Assembly: GCF_028641065.1 (NCBI RefSeq)
Contig: NC_073381.1
Location: forward strand, 65,038,001 to 65,102,000
From: Leucoraja erinacea
Lineage: Eukaryota
Direction of reading: 5' to 3'
Length of the DNA: 64,000 bases
Positions 11,780 to 25,489 of this stretch are shown one piece after another (within the stretch, counting starts at the first letter, position 1; each line of letters begins with the position of its first letter). The notes beneath the pieces were generated by a model, which was not told the origin of the DNA, made no database searches, and saw only the letters and a program-made list of their open reading frames with translations. A program made the translations under genes and the position numbers.

Positions 11780-12292
11780 AGTGTTATGCCAAGCAAATAT
11801 CATGCCAAGGGCAGCGAGCGCGATCTGTGTCTGCGTCAGTGTCCGAGTCCCTCACAGTGTCTGGTTTTTGTGTCTGGGTCTGTGTCTGAGTCTGTCCCAC
11901 TACGGATCCCAGGGGCGGGTCCCGGGGCTGCGGCTCCCTCCCTCCCTCTCACCCCCTCCCCCGCTCTCAGTGGCACCTCCCTCCTTCACTGCCTAACCCT
12001 TCACTCACTCACTCACTCCCTCTCCCTCCCTCCTCCACTCCATTCCTCCGTTCCCTCCCTGACCCCGCCCGGAGAACCAGGCGGACGGGATGGAGGTAAA
12101 GCGGGAATGCGGCAAACAACGCTATCACCCTAGCGACAAACACAGGGCCAATGCAATGCAGTGTTTAGGGAGGGTGGCATTGTGGGAAGGGCATCAAGGG
12201 AGCGTCCCACTGTGGGAGGGGCGGTAAGAGAGCTCCGCACTCTTGGAGCGGCAGTACGGTATTGGAGTCATAGAGCTTCGACCCATCTTGTT
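11780..12292. other. Unclassified GC/CpG-rich insertion with a C-rich low-complexity core
   Basis: Abrupt compositional shift between a SINE tail and a CR1 tail fragment. No credible ORF. Confidence 0.4.
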
Positions 12293-12432
12293 AGATCTAG
12301 CTCTTAGGGTTAAAGGAATCGAGGGATATGGGGTACTGGGGTAGTGATTTTGGATGATCAGCCATGATCATATTGAATGGCAGTGCTGGCTTGAAGGGCC
12401 GAATGACCTACTCTTGCACCTATGTTCTATGT

Positions 12433-12632
12433 TAACCCACTTTTGCATCCACTCCATTTACGCACTATGTACGATTTACAGAAGCCAATCAACCTACAAA
12501 CCTGCACATGTTTGGGATGTGGGAGCAAACTGGATCACCTGGAAGAAACCAACGTGATCACAGACAGCACCAGAGGTCAGTGTCGAACCCAGGTCCCTGG
12601 AGCTGTGAGACGGTAGCTCTAACATCCGTGCC
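12433..12632 (-). mobile_element. Decayed HE1/V-SINE-like SINE
   Basis: Similar to 9512-9788 and 33476-33799. Confidence 0.6.
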
Positions 12633-13541
12633 AATGTGCATTTGTCTCTGGCCAGGAGATGTATAGAGAGCTCAGGATGCCTCATTAATCCCACACTGAA
12701 TGCTGGGAAGAGCAATAGAGAAACATTTACCATTCCAGCTATAGCACAATATATAAAGGCTGACATGGAGATAATGTGCGCGTGTGTGTGTATGCGTGCG
12801 TGCACGTGTGTGTGCGGAAAGGGGACATAAAATGTTCCTCTGTGTGTGGGTATGCCTCACGATGGACTATTCAGATTGCACTATGTTGGAAACATCCCCT
12901 TAATAAACTTTACTTAATTTGCTGACACAGAGATTATACAACCAAGGAACTTCAGAGTGCAAAGGAATGCTTTCTGGTTAAAAGTAGAACCAAGGTCTTC
13001 ATGTTCTTTTTGTAATGTAACCAGTCATGGTAATGTTGGTCAAGGTGTTTAGAGAAAGTTGGAACAGGATGATCACGAGGAAGGACATATGTTGCAGAAA
13101 GCCCTGAAAAAAATGTTAAAAAAGATGTGAACAGACAATGAACAGATTACCGATGATAAGATTCCCATAATCCTGAACATTAAAAATTGGGGCTGGGAGA
13201 ACAACATGCAAGACATTGATAATCACAACACAGACCTTTTAACTGACATTTCATTGCTTTCCCCGTTTTGCATACTCTAGGTTATTCAGTGTGTTCAGTG
13301 AAAATTGTTCGTTGCCCACAAAATTGGAGGTAGTGTAATCTATCGTGCAATCAGGTGTGTGACTAACGTTGGGAAAATTGCATTTGCATTGAGGAGAGTT
13401 GCACATGGAAGTGCCTGTATCAATTTTCCCAATAGTGCAGTTTCACCTGGAAATGATCACTAACATGATCTGATCCAGGAAAAAAAGAGTTTGTGTGTGT
13501 GTGTGTGTGTGTGAGATTTGCATACAAAAATGGTTTCTGAT

Positions 13542-14342
13542 ACATAGAAACATAGAAATTAGGTGCAGGAGTAGGCCATTCGGCCCTTCGAGCCTGCACC
13601 GCCATTCAATATGATCATGGCTGATCATCCAACTCAGTATCCTGTACCTGCCTTCTCTCCATACCCTCTGGTCCCCTTAGCCACAAGGGCCACATCTAAC
13701 TCCCTCTTAAATATAGCCAATGAACTGGCCTCGACTACCCTCTGTGGCAGAGAGTTCCAGAGATTCACCACTCTCTGTGTGAAAAAGGTTCTTCTCATCT
13801 CGGTTTTAAAGGATTTCCCCCTTATCCTTAAGCTGTGACCGCTTGTCCTGGACTTCCCCTACATCGGGAGCAATCTTCCTGCATCTAGCCTGTCCAACCC
13901 CTTAAGAATTTTGTAAGTTTCTATAAGATCCCCTCTCAATCTCCTAAATTCTAGCGAGTATAAACCAAGTCTATCCAGTCTTTCTTCATAAGACAGTCCT
14001 GACATCCCAGGAATCAGTCTGGTGAACCTTCTCTGCACTCCCTCTATGGCAATAATATCCTTCCTCAGATTTGGAGACCAAAACTGTACGCAATACTCCA
14101 GGTGTGGTCTCACCAAGACCCTGTACAACTGCAGTAGAACCTCCCTGCTCCTATACTCAAATCCTTTTGCTATGAAAGCTAACATACCATTTGCTTTCTT
14201 CACTGCCTGCTGCACCTGCATGCCTACTTTCAATGACTGGTGTACCATGACACCCAGGTCTCGCTGCATCTCCCCTTTTCCTAATCGGCCACCATTTAGA
14301 TAATAGTCTGCTTTCCTGTTTTTGCCACCAAAATGGATAACT
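13542..14342 (-). mobile_element. CR1 LINE 3' fragment (young subfamily)
   Basis: ORF 13859-14269: RDLGV…RPHLEYCVQFWSP…RRLRGDLIETYKI. (TTTCTATG)n tail. Confidence 0.92.
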
Positions 14343-14524
14343 TATGGATGGACTTATTTCCTGGGAAAGGTTACTTTACATACATTTAAACAGAAAGTTG
14401 ATAAGTGCTAAAGTAAATGGATTAAGTTTGCAGATGTAAATGGATTAGCGTGTCCAATTTTGTAAAAATAATGGATGGTCAATCATTTTTCCAGGTTATT
14501 CTTCCAGAGATAAAGGTGAGAACA

Positions 14525-14910
14525 GTCATAGAGTGATACAGTGTCGAAACAGGCCCTTTGGCCCAACTTGTCCACGCCGGCCAGCATTTCCCTACCTCAC
14601 TAGTCCCACCTGCCTACGCTTGGTCCATATCCCTCCAAACCTGTCCTATCCATGTACCTGTCTTACTGTTTCTTAAACATTGGGATAATCCCAGATACCC
14701 ACCATGCTTTGTGCGAAAAAAAAAAAATACCCCTCAGATTACTACTAAATCTTTTCCCCTTCACCTTGAACCCATGTCCTCGATTCCCCTACTCTGGGCA
14801 AGAGATTCTGTGCATCTACCCAATCGATTCTTCTCATGATTTTATACACCTCAATAAGATACCCCCTCATCCTCCTCCAAGGAATAAAGTCCCAGCCTAC
14901 TCAACTTCTT
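14525..14910 (-). mobile_element. Older CR1 3' remnant
   Basis: 3' UTR resembles other CR1 tails in the window (reverse complement of GTCATAGAG…GAAACAGGCCCT). Confidence 0.6.
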
Positions 14911-17394
14911 CATGATCCAAGGGACCTTTATTCAGATTAATACAATCCATAATACCTTCAGAGAAGTTTCATCTTATTGACAAATAATATTTTTTATTGA
15001 AATGATAAAACAGCGATTCTGAAAAACAGAGAAACCCTTGTCAGACGTAGAAAATGCCACATAAGTATTGCTAGTCCACCCTGAGAGCAACATTACAAAG
15101 TTATAAGAGTGATATTAGATCTCCAGAAACTTAAAAGTTTGCTCTACATGATCAATTTTTTCTCTGTTGTCCTCCTCCTCACAAACAACTAAAATTAATT
15201 TTATGGATGAAGCAGCCAACGAGATATCTGGGAAGGAATTCAAAGGAATGTACATCATTAATCTTCCACTGTGGATTCACAAATAAACTTAGTACATTAG
15301 GACTTGATGCCTGCTATGTCATGTGAGTAAATATTTTAAAGTAGCACAAGCTGTTGCAATTAACCCTTTCACTGGATGTTTATCTTCCATTTGTCAGCCC
15401 CGATATGCGAAGTCTAGATGTAACAGGATAATCTGGCATCAGCACAAAGGGAGAAATGGTTTAAAATATGACTGCAATAAAAATGTCTAAAAGTCTTTTA
15501 TTTTACTTCTTGCAAATCCCAAGGAGAGATTTCAAGTAATAATTATTTGTCCCAGCCTGCTTATGACTGATCTCCTGGCCTGCTTGATGGAAAGTTACTG
15601 CATGTATTCTTCCTGCCATCAGAGGGAAACAGTTTAGCTTCCTATTACACTGTTGAGACCAGAGACTATCATCTCATCTGTTCATCGTTCTCAGATGCTG
15701 CAAACACACTGCAAGACTTCACCACCATTAACCCTCTAACCTCTCAGAAGAAATCAGACAACTATGGAGGTCAGAGACAAGGATGCTACACTATACTGCG
15801 TCAATATTTTTTTCCTCTGGCTCGGGCTACTTGACCCACCTCTAATGGGATCTGATTTAATGTCACACTATGTACTTGATGTGGACACATCATTTGGCAG
15901 CAGTAATATGCTGCTTAGCCACTTGAGCCAGCTCTGCCATTTTACAAGATTACATTGGCTCCAGCTACACCTGCAGTTTCCCCTTATCATCAAGAAATAT
16001 TCAACATCTTGCTTATCCATCTACGCTTGCTTTAATAATAATGTCAAAGACTCTACTTCCATTACACTTTGAGGAAGAGAGTTCCAAAGATTTATGACCC
16101 TTTAAAAGAATGCCCAGCTGGCTTGAAGGGCTCTTATTGTTAAGAGTGGCCCCGGTTTCTAGATTCTCCCACAGCAGGAAGATTCTCTCTCTGGTTCACC
16201 TTAGTTAGACCCCTCAGGAAACATCATTAAATATTTAGGTTCAGGTTGTGGTGGGACTTTCCCAAATCAGTACTTTATCCAAGTTAGGATGATTTATTTT
16301 GAACACATTGCAATATGGAAAACATTAGAATTAAGAGTGTTCAAATCTTATATGTATTAGCAATGAGTACAGATGGTTGTAATAGCTATTTTACTGTGCC
16401 TGAGAAAGAGGCTTCTGATGTGAAGGAATCTTTAAGCCTTAGTAGCCTGTACATCACCATCCGTGCTGTTGATTCTGTACATTTCCAGATGTGGAACTTG
16501 TCGATCCTTTTGGATCCTTAAATCGCTAAATGCAAGAAGTGAAAATTCATGTCAATATAAACAAAATTGAACAGATGCTACTCAATATCACAAGTATCAT
16601 TAGTTTTTGATTTGAAAGGTGAAGGTCAACTTAAAGGTTAGCTTAGAAGTAAGCACAATTAAAGCCTTGTTTCATCAACATTGAACATTAGACCGTACTA
16701 AAATGTACGTAACATTTGCAAGTTTTAAAATGTATAAGGGACACATAAATATTGAAGAGAAAATTTGTGATCACATTTCAAAGAGTGGCAAATTTTTATG
16801 TGAAGCTCCTCTTAAATCAGTTAAACCAGTCTTCAAACATTCCACCTGATTATCTATCCGTTCCAGTGCTGAGAAAGTCATTAGTAGTGAAAGTCCCCCT
16901 TCAATCATCAGTAAATCAGAACAGCTCTTGGAGCTACTGATCTTTATTGGACCTAACGCTACTGAAACAGCAGTGAGTACTTATGAAGCAATGAAACGTG
17001 GCAGCCAGTGGGGGAGGGGGTGGCTCCAGACGTGGATGTCTGGCAACAAAGCATTTCTATCAGGTAAGCTCGATGCCTTCTGCGCCCGTTTAGAACAGGA
17101 TGTACCAAGGTATGTCCCCACATTTTCACCTGCTCTGCCCCATACATGTCAGTGGTTGAAGTTGGATCTGCAGTCACGAGGGTAGACTCACTGAGAGCAG
17201 CTCGCCCAGGCGTGAGGGGGTGGCAGTGAGCACAAACCTACTCTCGTCAGTGGGGCTGCTGCACAGATGGGTGGATGGAATGGAATACTTTGGCATTTGG
17301 GGTGGGGGATGTATGATCTACGACACAATAACCCCGAGTAGGTGTGCAATCGAGCATTATATCAATGGACTGAATTAAGATCCATGAGAAAAGC

Positions 17395-17525
17395 AGTCTG
17401 AAAAAGGGTCTCGACCCAAAACGTCATCTATTTCTTCTCTCCAGAGATGCTGCCTGTTCCGCTGAGTTACTCCAGCATTTTGTGTCTACCTTCAATTTAA
17501 ACCAGCATCTGCAGTTCTTTCCTGC
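17395..17525 (+). mobile_element. Penelope-derived repeat with a mutated hammerhead core
   Basis: CTGAAAAAGGGTCTCGACCCAAAACGTC…GCTGAGTTACTCCAGC. Confidence 0.65.
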
Positions 17526-17851
17526 ATATACATGACATGCCTGGGCCCACTAGTATAAACTGGGACATGAAAGAGGGAAGAAGTGTTCACCCAATTTTAG
17601 TCAAAATTTCACTTGCTAGATCTCTTTCCTGTTCTGCTGCTGTTTGAACTTTTGAGGTATTCAAAACCGTTGATCTTCACATTTACACCCACGACCCATT
17701 TGTGTATACTCCTTTTCTTCCTCCTTGCCTCTATACTAAACTTTTCTTTCATCTTCTCTTCGCTCTTTACCATACCTCCCACTTTCTTCATTCTATCCCT
17801 CTATTCTGCCCTGCTTCACTCATCTCTTCTGCCATTTACCTCATCGTTGTA

Positions 17852-18548
17852 TATCAGCCACTGAAAGTAAGCATGCAGGTACAGCAGGCAGTGAAGAAAG
17901 CCAATGGCATGTTGGCCTTCATTGCGAGAGGGTTTGAATTTAGGAGCAATGAGATCCTACTGCAGTTGTACAGGGCCCTGCTGAGACCACACCTGGGGTA
18001 TTGTGTGCAGTTTTGGTCTCCTAATTTGTGGAAGGACATTCTTGCTATTGAGGGGGTGCAGCGTAGGTTCACCAGGTTAATTCACAGGATAGCAGGACTG
18101 TCTTATGATGAAAGAATGGATTGACTGTGCTTGTATTCACTGGGGCTTACAAGGATGAGAGGAGATCTAAAAGAAACATAAAATTCTTCAGAGATTGGAC
18201 AGGCTAGATTCTGGAAAAATGTTCTCCGTTGGGGAAGTCCAGAACCAGGGGCCACAGTTTAAGAATAAGGGATAGGCCATTTTGGACTGAGATGGGGGAA
18301 AAACATTTTCACCCAGAGAGTTGTGAATCTGTGAATTTCTCTGCCACAGAAGGCAGTGAAGGCCAATTCACTGGATGTTTTCAAGAGAGAGTTAGATTTA
18401 GCTCTTAGAGCTAACGGAATCAAGGGATATGGAGAAAAAGCAGGAACAGGGTACTGATTTTGGATGATCAGCCATGATCATATTGAATGGTGGTGCTGGC
18501 TCGAAGGGCCTAATGGCCTACTCCTGCACCTATTTTTCTATGTTTCTA
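17852..18548 (+). mobile_element. CR1 LINE 3' fragment
   Basis: KVSMQVQQAVKKANGMLAFI…RPHLGYCVQFWSP, followed by the CR1 3' UTR and TTTCTATG tail. Confidence 0.9.
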
Positions 18549-20682
18549 TCCCCTTTCACTCTTCCCTTATCTAATGTCACCTGTTTAACTGCAGGAGCTA
18601 TAAGCCGTGAGTAGGGGCAGCATTTCCATGGGGTACATGCACATCCAAGTTTCCCACATCAACCTGCAGACTGTCCTGACTTGGAAATATATTACCAATC
18701 CTTTATGGGTCTAAATCCTGGTACTCCATCCTTAATAACACTGAAGATTACATTCACCCGAAGGCTGTCACAATTCAAGACAATAGAACACCACAACCTC
18801 CTCTAGTGCAGTCGAGAGCATTAAATACTGCCCTACCATGGAGAAAGCCAAGTATATTTAACAATAAACATCCTCATCAATACATTTTAAAAGATTTTTC
18901 ACTTTTCCTCCCTAGTTGCAATGTCAATGAAGATAGACAAGTATATTTAAAAATATTTGTTACAAAAATGAAGGAGGGATATGGATCACATGTAGGCAGA
19001 GGAGATTAGTTTAACAGCATCAAGTTCAGCACGGACATTGTGGGTCAAAAGGCCTGTTCCCTGTACTCTTCAGTCCCTTGTTCTATGCTTGGTAGAAATG
19101 GGGTAACAGCATCCTAAAACGGTGGAGCAATGAGATACAACCCTGTTCCAACACAGCTTCAGTCACCACAATCTTCTATTGCACACCCACTGCTATGCGA
19201 GTGGTGCAACTGCCCGAGTTAGGCCTTGTAATATGTCCAAAGCGCACATAGGGCCCTGGTTACCAGTTGAAGAGGCTGCTGGTGTTTGTGTGGAAGCTGC
19301 TCCATCGGTTGCAAGGACTGGAAATGGGAACACTTTCTCCAGCCTCCACAAAATTAATCCAGACCTACTGCATTTTGGCCCCTCTCCACTTAATATGCAT
19401 TGCAGCAAATCCACTCAACCCCATGGATTTTAAATCCCTTTTTCAAACAAGGTATTCTCACACAACCTCTGGAACTCGAAGCAATCAGGATAATGTTTGT
19501 GAAAGGTTTTCCTATTGCATGGTTGATAAATGATGTGATGGCCTGAATGAAACCAGCAACCCCTCGTCCTTCTGCATTGTTTTCAGAGTAAACTAAAGGT
19601 TTCATACCTAGTGGGGAGATAAACAAGAATTGAACCAAGCCTGAAAGCAGTAACTTTGTGCCAGTGGAATTGCCTCTTTGTTGATGTTGCGTCTCATTTG
19701 CATAAAAAGCCTTGTCTTACTGCAGTCCCACTGATAAAATACCATAATCTCCGGACTCATAGTCAGTCATAAAGCTGTACAGCCTGGGAGTAGGCTCTTT
19801 GTTCCAACTTGCTCATCGCACCCGTGGGCATTCTATGTCATTCCATTTGATTGGATTTGGCCTCTCTCTCTCTAAACCCTTCTTATCCACATCTGCCCAC
19901 CTCTTGAAGCTCATTCTAGATATGGAATTCTAGAATTGGAAATTCTAGAGGTTCCTCTTGCATAACTTCCCCGCTCGCCTTAAAGCTATGCCCTCTAGTT
20001 TTAGAATGCTTTATCCTAGGAAAAAGACTCACTTTATCCATGCCTCTATCAGTCATGTACACCTCAGTAAAGTCATCCCTCAACCTCCTACACTCCAAAG
20101 AAAGAGAAAAAGAAAACACCTCAGATATTCAGATGCACTCTCCCTAGGTGGGAGTGAATCATGGGGAAAATTATTTATAATCCCTGGAAGCAGGCAGCTT
20201 GAATGACAGATAGCTTCCATTATTTATTCTAATAATTTCTAAATGGGATAATATCTCAGCCAGTTGGTTGTTGTTACTTTAGTCTTTTCTTTCCAACTGG
20301 TTATGATTGACAAGGTTATCAATGTGTCCATAATTTGTATAGCATTCTGTAACGTAGTACATTTCACTTTAATTATAAAGGCAGCCTTTCTGCGGCAGGT
20401 TGATAATCTGGTATTTAAAGGTGACGTCTGTCACTCTGTTCAGAATCCGAAGTAACACCATTTGTCACTTGGTGAATATATTCACTGACAGCATCAATTA
20501 CACTCGTCGACTTCTGGAGGCAAGAAAGTCAATAATTTTTGTTTAAATGCATCAACAGATGTTGTTTCTGGGCCATCACATTGTGGTAGTTGGATCTTTT
20601 GCCAGCTTGTCCCTCATGAGAAGGTATGGCATTAGTGAGTTGCAAACAAGTAGAATGGGCAATGTGCCCATCTTCTTGAAGC

Positions 20683-20990
20683 AGAGTGGTGCAGCTGGTA
20701 GAGCTGTTTCTCACTGCACCAGAGACCCAGGTTCGATACTGACCTCGGGTGCTATCTGTGTGAAGTTTGCACCTTCTTCCTGTGACCGTGTGGGTTTCCT
20801 TGGTGGTGTTCCGATTTCCTCCCCCATCCAAAATAAGGGCGGCTTTGTAGGTAATTGACCTCTGTAAATTGGCCCGGTGCATAGGCAGTCAATGCAAAAG
20901 TGGGATAACATAATGTGAATTAGTCAACAAGGGCTTGCTGGGACAAAGGGCTCATTTCCATGCTGTATCGTTCAATTTAATTCAATTTAA
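20683..20990 (+). mobile_element. Decayed HE1/V-SINE-like SINE
   Basis: GTGGTGCAGCTGGTAGAG…GGTTCGATAC head and V-like body. Confidence 0.65.
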
Positions 20991-22902
20991 AATTCTTGTG
21001 CAAGTGTGCAGTGGAGGATATGAATATTAGGTACAGATTGATGGAACTTGTTGGGAATTGCAATTAAGATTATGATGTATTAAGCCGTTTGAGAGACTAG
21101 CACAGATATAGTATAACATTTCCCACTTTACTGTAGTTGTAAAGTCAAGGTTTATATTATAATAAATATTATTATATTTGTACAAGCCAAAATTCCATGG
21201 ACATTTTTGTGGTATAAATCTAGGGTTTCACAAGAGCTGCATAATATGCAAACATTTTTTTAATTATATGCTCTTTATATTGCATTGGAGGGAAAAGGGC
21301 CACAGGAGCATGGAAGAGAGAATTTACCGGTAGCAAGATATTCTGAATTTTTTTGTTTTATTTCCTCAAAGACAGAAACGAATAACCATTGGATTTATCA
21401 ACGAAATGTTATTAACTCGCGTGTGAATAATATTTCCCATAACAATAAAGTTTCATGTTAAGTACTGACACTGTGTGTGGCCGCTGTTCCTACGAATTGC
21501 AGCATTATTTTATAATAAGAGGCTAACTCAATTATGTTGAAGAATCTTAGGAGATTGCACATTTAGTGCCGTGACCAGAGGCAGAACGTGATATGTGGGG
21601 CAGGTATGTTTTTTTTTTTATCCACAGAGAATGGTGGGTGCCTGGAATACACTGCCAGTGGTAGTTATGGAGGCAGGCACTATAGTTGCATTTCCGAGGC
21701 TTTTAGATAGGCACATAGATATGCAGAGAATGGAGAGATATGGATCACATGAAGCCAAATGAGATTAGTTTAACTTGCTATCATGTTCTGCATTGTTATT
21801 GCAGCTGAAGGGTGTGTTCCTGTGCTGCTTTGTTTTTCCTAATCTTCCATGTTCTATGAGTTCTAGTTTATGCACGTGTAAAAATCACCACTTTGAAGAA
21901 GGTGGCTTCCCAAGACCCAAAATAATTTCAGCCAGTGTACACAATTCTGTATATGGGTGCATAGCAAAGCCAAAGACAGGGACTCGGATGCTAAACCCGA
22001 CTCATAGGAACAATTTTGGTATCGAAGTATGACTGGTGGGATGAGTTGCAACTGATATAAAGATCACCTACCACAGGCATGTCAGTTTAGAGCAGCAAAA
22101 TATTTTCACTGAAAAAATAATGGGCACAGTATGTAAACCTGGACCCGAATTATAAACCAGAATATCGCCAGCCAAGTTTTTCATAATGTGAGAATAATAC
22201 TCAAAACAGAATGTCGCAAAGAAATAGCTTGCAAAAAAAAAAACAAAAAAACTGATAAGTAACAAGAAAGGCAATGTTTAAACAGGATAAATGCCACACA
22301 GCACCATGCAGCAATTTAAACATATTAATAAGTTCAGTAAAGTGTCATTCAAGAAAGTTAAATGTATCTGAAGCCTGACTCTAGAGAGGAACTAGGATTA
22401 CTGGGATGGACACAATATTTAATGTTAGCACTTCAGAACTACATCTGAACAATCAGATCAGAATATTATGCAGATTATGTTCAAAGATTCACATTCCATC
22501 ATTAAAGTGTAACCCCACAAAGGGAATAAGACAAACATTAAACACAATGACTGCAGCCTAGATTGGTGATGCAGCCTCATCTAGATGAGTGGGGCAAGCA
22601 GAGTGTCATGGTTTGTTAGTCAAGCTGCACAGAGATCTCCATGCCATGGTGCCCAAAGCAAACAACGTTGTCTGGCTCTGAAGGGGCTATAATGTAAAAC
22701 ACAATTCTTCCATAGACAATGAATAATGTGCAAATGAGGAAGAAGGTCAACATTATTTAACAATCAGAAACAGAGACAGCAAAGGCGAGGGCCAGGGAAA
22801 GCAGGGGAGCACTGTCTGAAATTCACATTTGCGAAGAACAGGAAGGGGAAAGACGACTGCCACATAAGGGTAAGTTATTTAGAAAGCGCGGAGAGGGGAG
22901 GA

Positions 22903-24920
22903 TGTGATGTTTGGTGGACTGTGGGGTGGGAGGACCCGTTGACAAAGGGACATGTTTTATATTTGTTACAGAGATAGGTTGAATAAGTTAGGTCTTTATT
23001 CTCTGGAGCGCAAAGGTTAAGGGGGGACTTGATAGAGGTCTTTTAAATGATGAGAGGGATAGACAGAGTTGACGAGGATAAACTTTTCCCATTGAGAGTA
23101 GGGAAGATTCAAACAAGAGGACATGCCTTGAGAATTAAGGGACAGTAGTTTAGGGGTAACATGAGGGGAACTTCTTTATTCCGAGAGTGGTAGCGGTGTG
23201 GAATGAGCTTCCAGTGGAAGTGGTGGAGGCAGGTTCGTTGGTATCATTTAAAAATAAATTGGATAGGCATATGGATGAGAAGGGAATGGAGGGTTATGGT
23301 TTGAGTGCAGGCAGGTGGGACTAAGGGAAAAAAGTTGTTTGGCACAGACTTGTAGGGCCGAGATGGCCTGTTTCCGTGCTGTAATTGTTATATGTAGTTC
23401 ACTCCTGTGTGTGTGTGGGTGGCCACTTTGAATAGTCTTGCTGCCAGCATTGAGTAAAGCATTAAAGACTTCAATTGTAAATGAAAGACTCAAGTTTTGT
23501 GCAGACCTAGAAAACGAACACGAAAGTGTCAGGAGTTGGATACTTCAGATTACATCCAAAGACGCAGATAAGAGCCTAATTTACGATTTGATTTTTTAAA
23601 AATTGAGTTCTGTGGCGAACATAAAGCAACGTCTTGGCAATTCGATCGTTTCGATCCCGAGCGAGAAAGGTGGTCATTGTATTTAATGCGCGTTGAGTTT
23701 TATTTTGAAAGTATGGCAATTACGACTGACCTGAGGAAGAAGGCTCACTTGCGTTCATTAATGTCACCAGAAACTTTTGCACTGCTTCAAAATTTACTTA
23801 CAGAAGAAGTAACTGAAGCCTCTTATGCTGAAATCACAACGGCTTTGCAGCTGCATTTCGAAGAAAGTCAAAATTTCCTCGCATTTCGCCTTGATTTCTA
23901 CAGGAGGGTGCAATAGGAAGGGCAATCGATCACCGAATTTCTTACCGAACTTCACACCAAGGCAAAGGCATGTGATTTTAAAACTCAATGCAGTGAAAAG
24001 TGCCAAGACAATGCATTGCGGGATAGACTGGTCATGAGCTGCAGGCACGCATTCATCTAGCAGGCCATTCTCAAGGACGCCTCATTGAAGAATGTGCTGC
24101 AGTATGCTAAGATGGCCGAGCTGCTGAGTAAAGAACTGCACAAAATGGCTGGCGAAACAGCACCAAAGCTTCCTCCGGAGGTGCATACAGTTCGTCGGAC
24201 TCGTCTGCAATGCCAGAAACCACTTGATTGACCCAGAACAAATCCGGAGAAGGTGGGACAGTTTCAGAAGAGCCATCCCCCTGTGGGGGGAGGATCGAAA
24301 ACCTGCTACCAGTGCGGCTCGGCTGCTCATCATCACCGTGAGTGTCCATATATCAAGTCCGTTTGGTATGCCTGTTACCGAAAAGGCCATCACCAGGCAG
24401 TGTGTCAATCCGTAGGAAAGCTGAGAAAGGGCAAGAAAGCGCAAAACACAATCAACCAAATCGCGGAGACCATTTGGTCCACTATGACCCATCGAAGCCG
24501 ATCTCGCTGGCCGCCGATGCATCGCCATATGGTCATGGAGCTGTAATCCCACAAACGGCGCCAAATGGCAAGGAAGAACCAATCGTGCTCGCATTCAAAA
24601 CGCTGACGACCGCTGAGGAAAAACTACAGCTGTGGAAAAAGGACAGCATACAGATGAAGCAAATACTGATATCTCTTTAAAAAGAGAACACTGAGGAAAA
24701 CTGTTGATTCCGAGCCTTTAGCAAATTGCGAAATGCAAAAAAGGCTGGAAAAAAAGTGGTGCAGCCAAATAGAGATGTTCAACTGGAAAAAGGGGAATGT
24801 GATGTTTGGTGGACTGCGTGGGGCGGGAGGACCAGTTGCTCCTCCCGTGCAGCAGGTGGCACTACACAGGACAAAGGGAGCTGTTTTGTATATAGTTCTC
24901 TCTTGTCTGTATGTGTGCAA
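22903..24920 (+). mobile_element. Internally deleted Gypsy/Ty3-type LTR retrotransposon: 5' LTR (22903-23520, interrupted by CR1), PBS, gag, RNase H remnant, PPT and truncated 3' LTR (from 24798)
   Basis: TGTGATGTTTGGTGGACTG begins both LTRs. The 5' LTR ends in CA at 23520, followed by Leu-type PBS-like GTGTCAGGAGTTGGAT. PPT GGAAAAAGGGGAA at 24785-24797. gag: FDPERERWSLYLMRVEFYF…FYRRVQ*EGQSI…LRDRLV, with knuckles CYQCGSAAHHHREC and ACYRKGHHQAVC. RNase H: HYDPSKPISLAADASPYGHGAV. Confidence 0.88.
22972..23393 (+). mobile_element. CR1 3' fragment inserted in the Gypsy 5' LTR; same subfamily as 37574-41827
   Basis: Closely matches the reverse complement of 37575-38005. Confidence 0.88.
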
Positions 24921-24959
24921 GGGGGAGGGGGGGGGGGGGGGGGGGGGGGTGGAGAGATG

Positions 24960-25336
24960 CCAGACAACTTTTAATATTACCGGTCGGTTTACTTACCTTT
25001 TTTTTCGCAATGAGCTTTACTTTCGACTACCCTGGATTTCCTTAGACTACACTCGATTACCTACAAATAGCATGCCGACCTACCATGACGTACCTCGACT
25101 AAACCTACGAGTAAAAAAATATTGATTTTTTTCGATGGCGACCTTTTTTTACTCACGTGCATTTATCTGCTTGTTGAAAAATACTCCGCGACCTAGCTGA
25201 GGCCTCGAGTATGCGGGGACTACTCTCGAGCATGAAGGAGAGTTACAAAGACCTCCTAGGACCTTGTGTCAACCATGCTGCGTGTACGAGTCGAGGGCAA
25301 ACTCGCGAATTAAGTCACCACAGTGGGACAGCCCCT
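24960..25336. mobile_element. PIF/Harbinger-type MITE fragment (one end)
   Basis: CpG-rich body ending in GTGGGACAGCCCCT, the reverse complement of a Harbinger-like AGGGGCTGTCCCAC terminus. Confidence 0.55.
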
Positions 25337-25489
25337 TTTTGGTGTGAATCATCACCCAAAATGCACAAGGCCACTGTGTGCAAGATGTTAAATAGAGTCC
25401 AACTTTGTCACCACAAACAGGAAACATTAATGTTTTGATGCAATTGCCACAGAGGCGGAAAATCTCCAACTAATTGGTAAGGTATTCAG

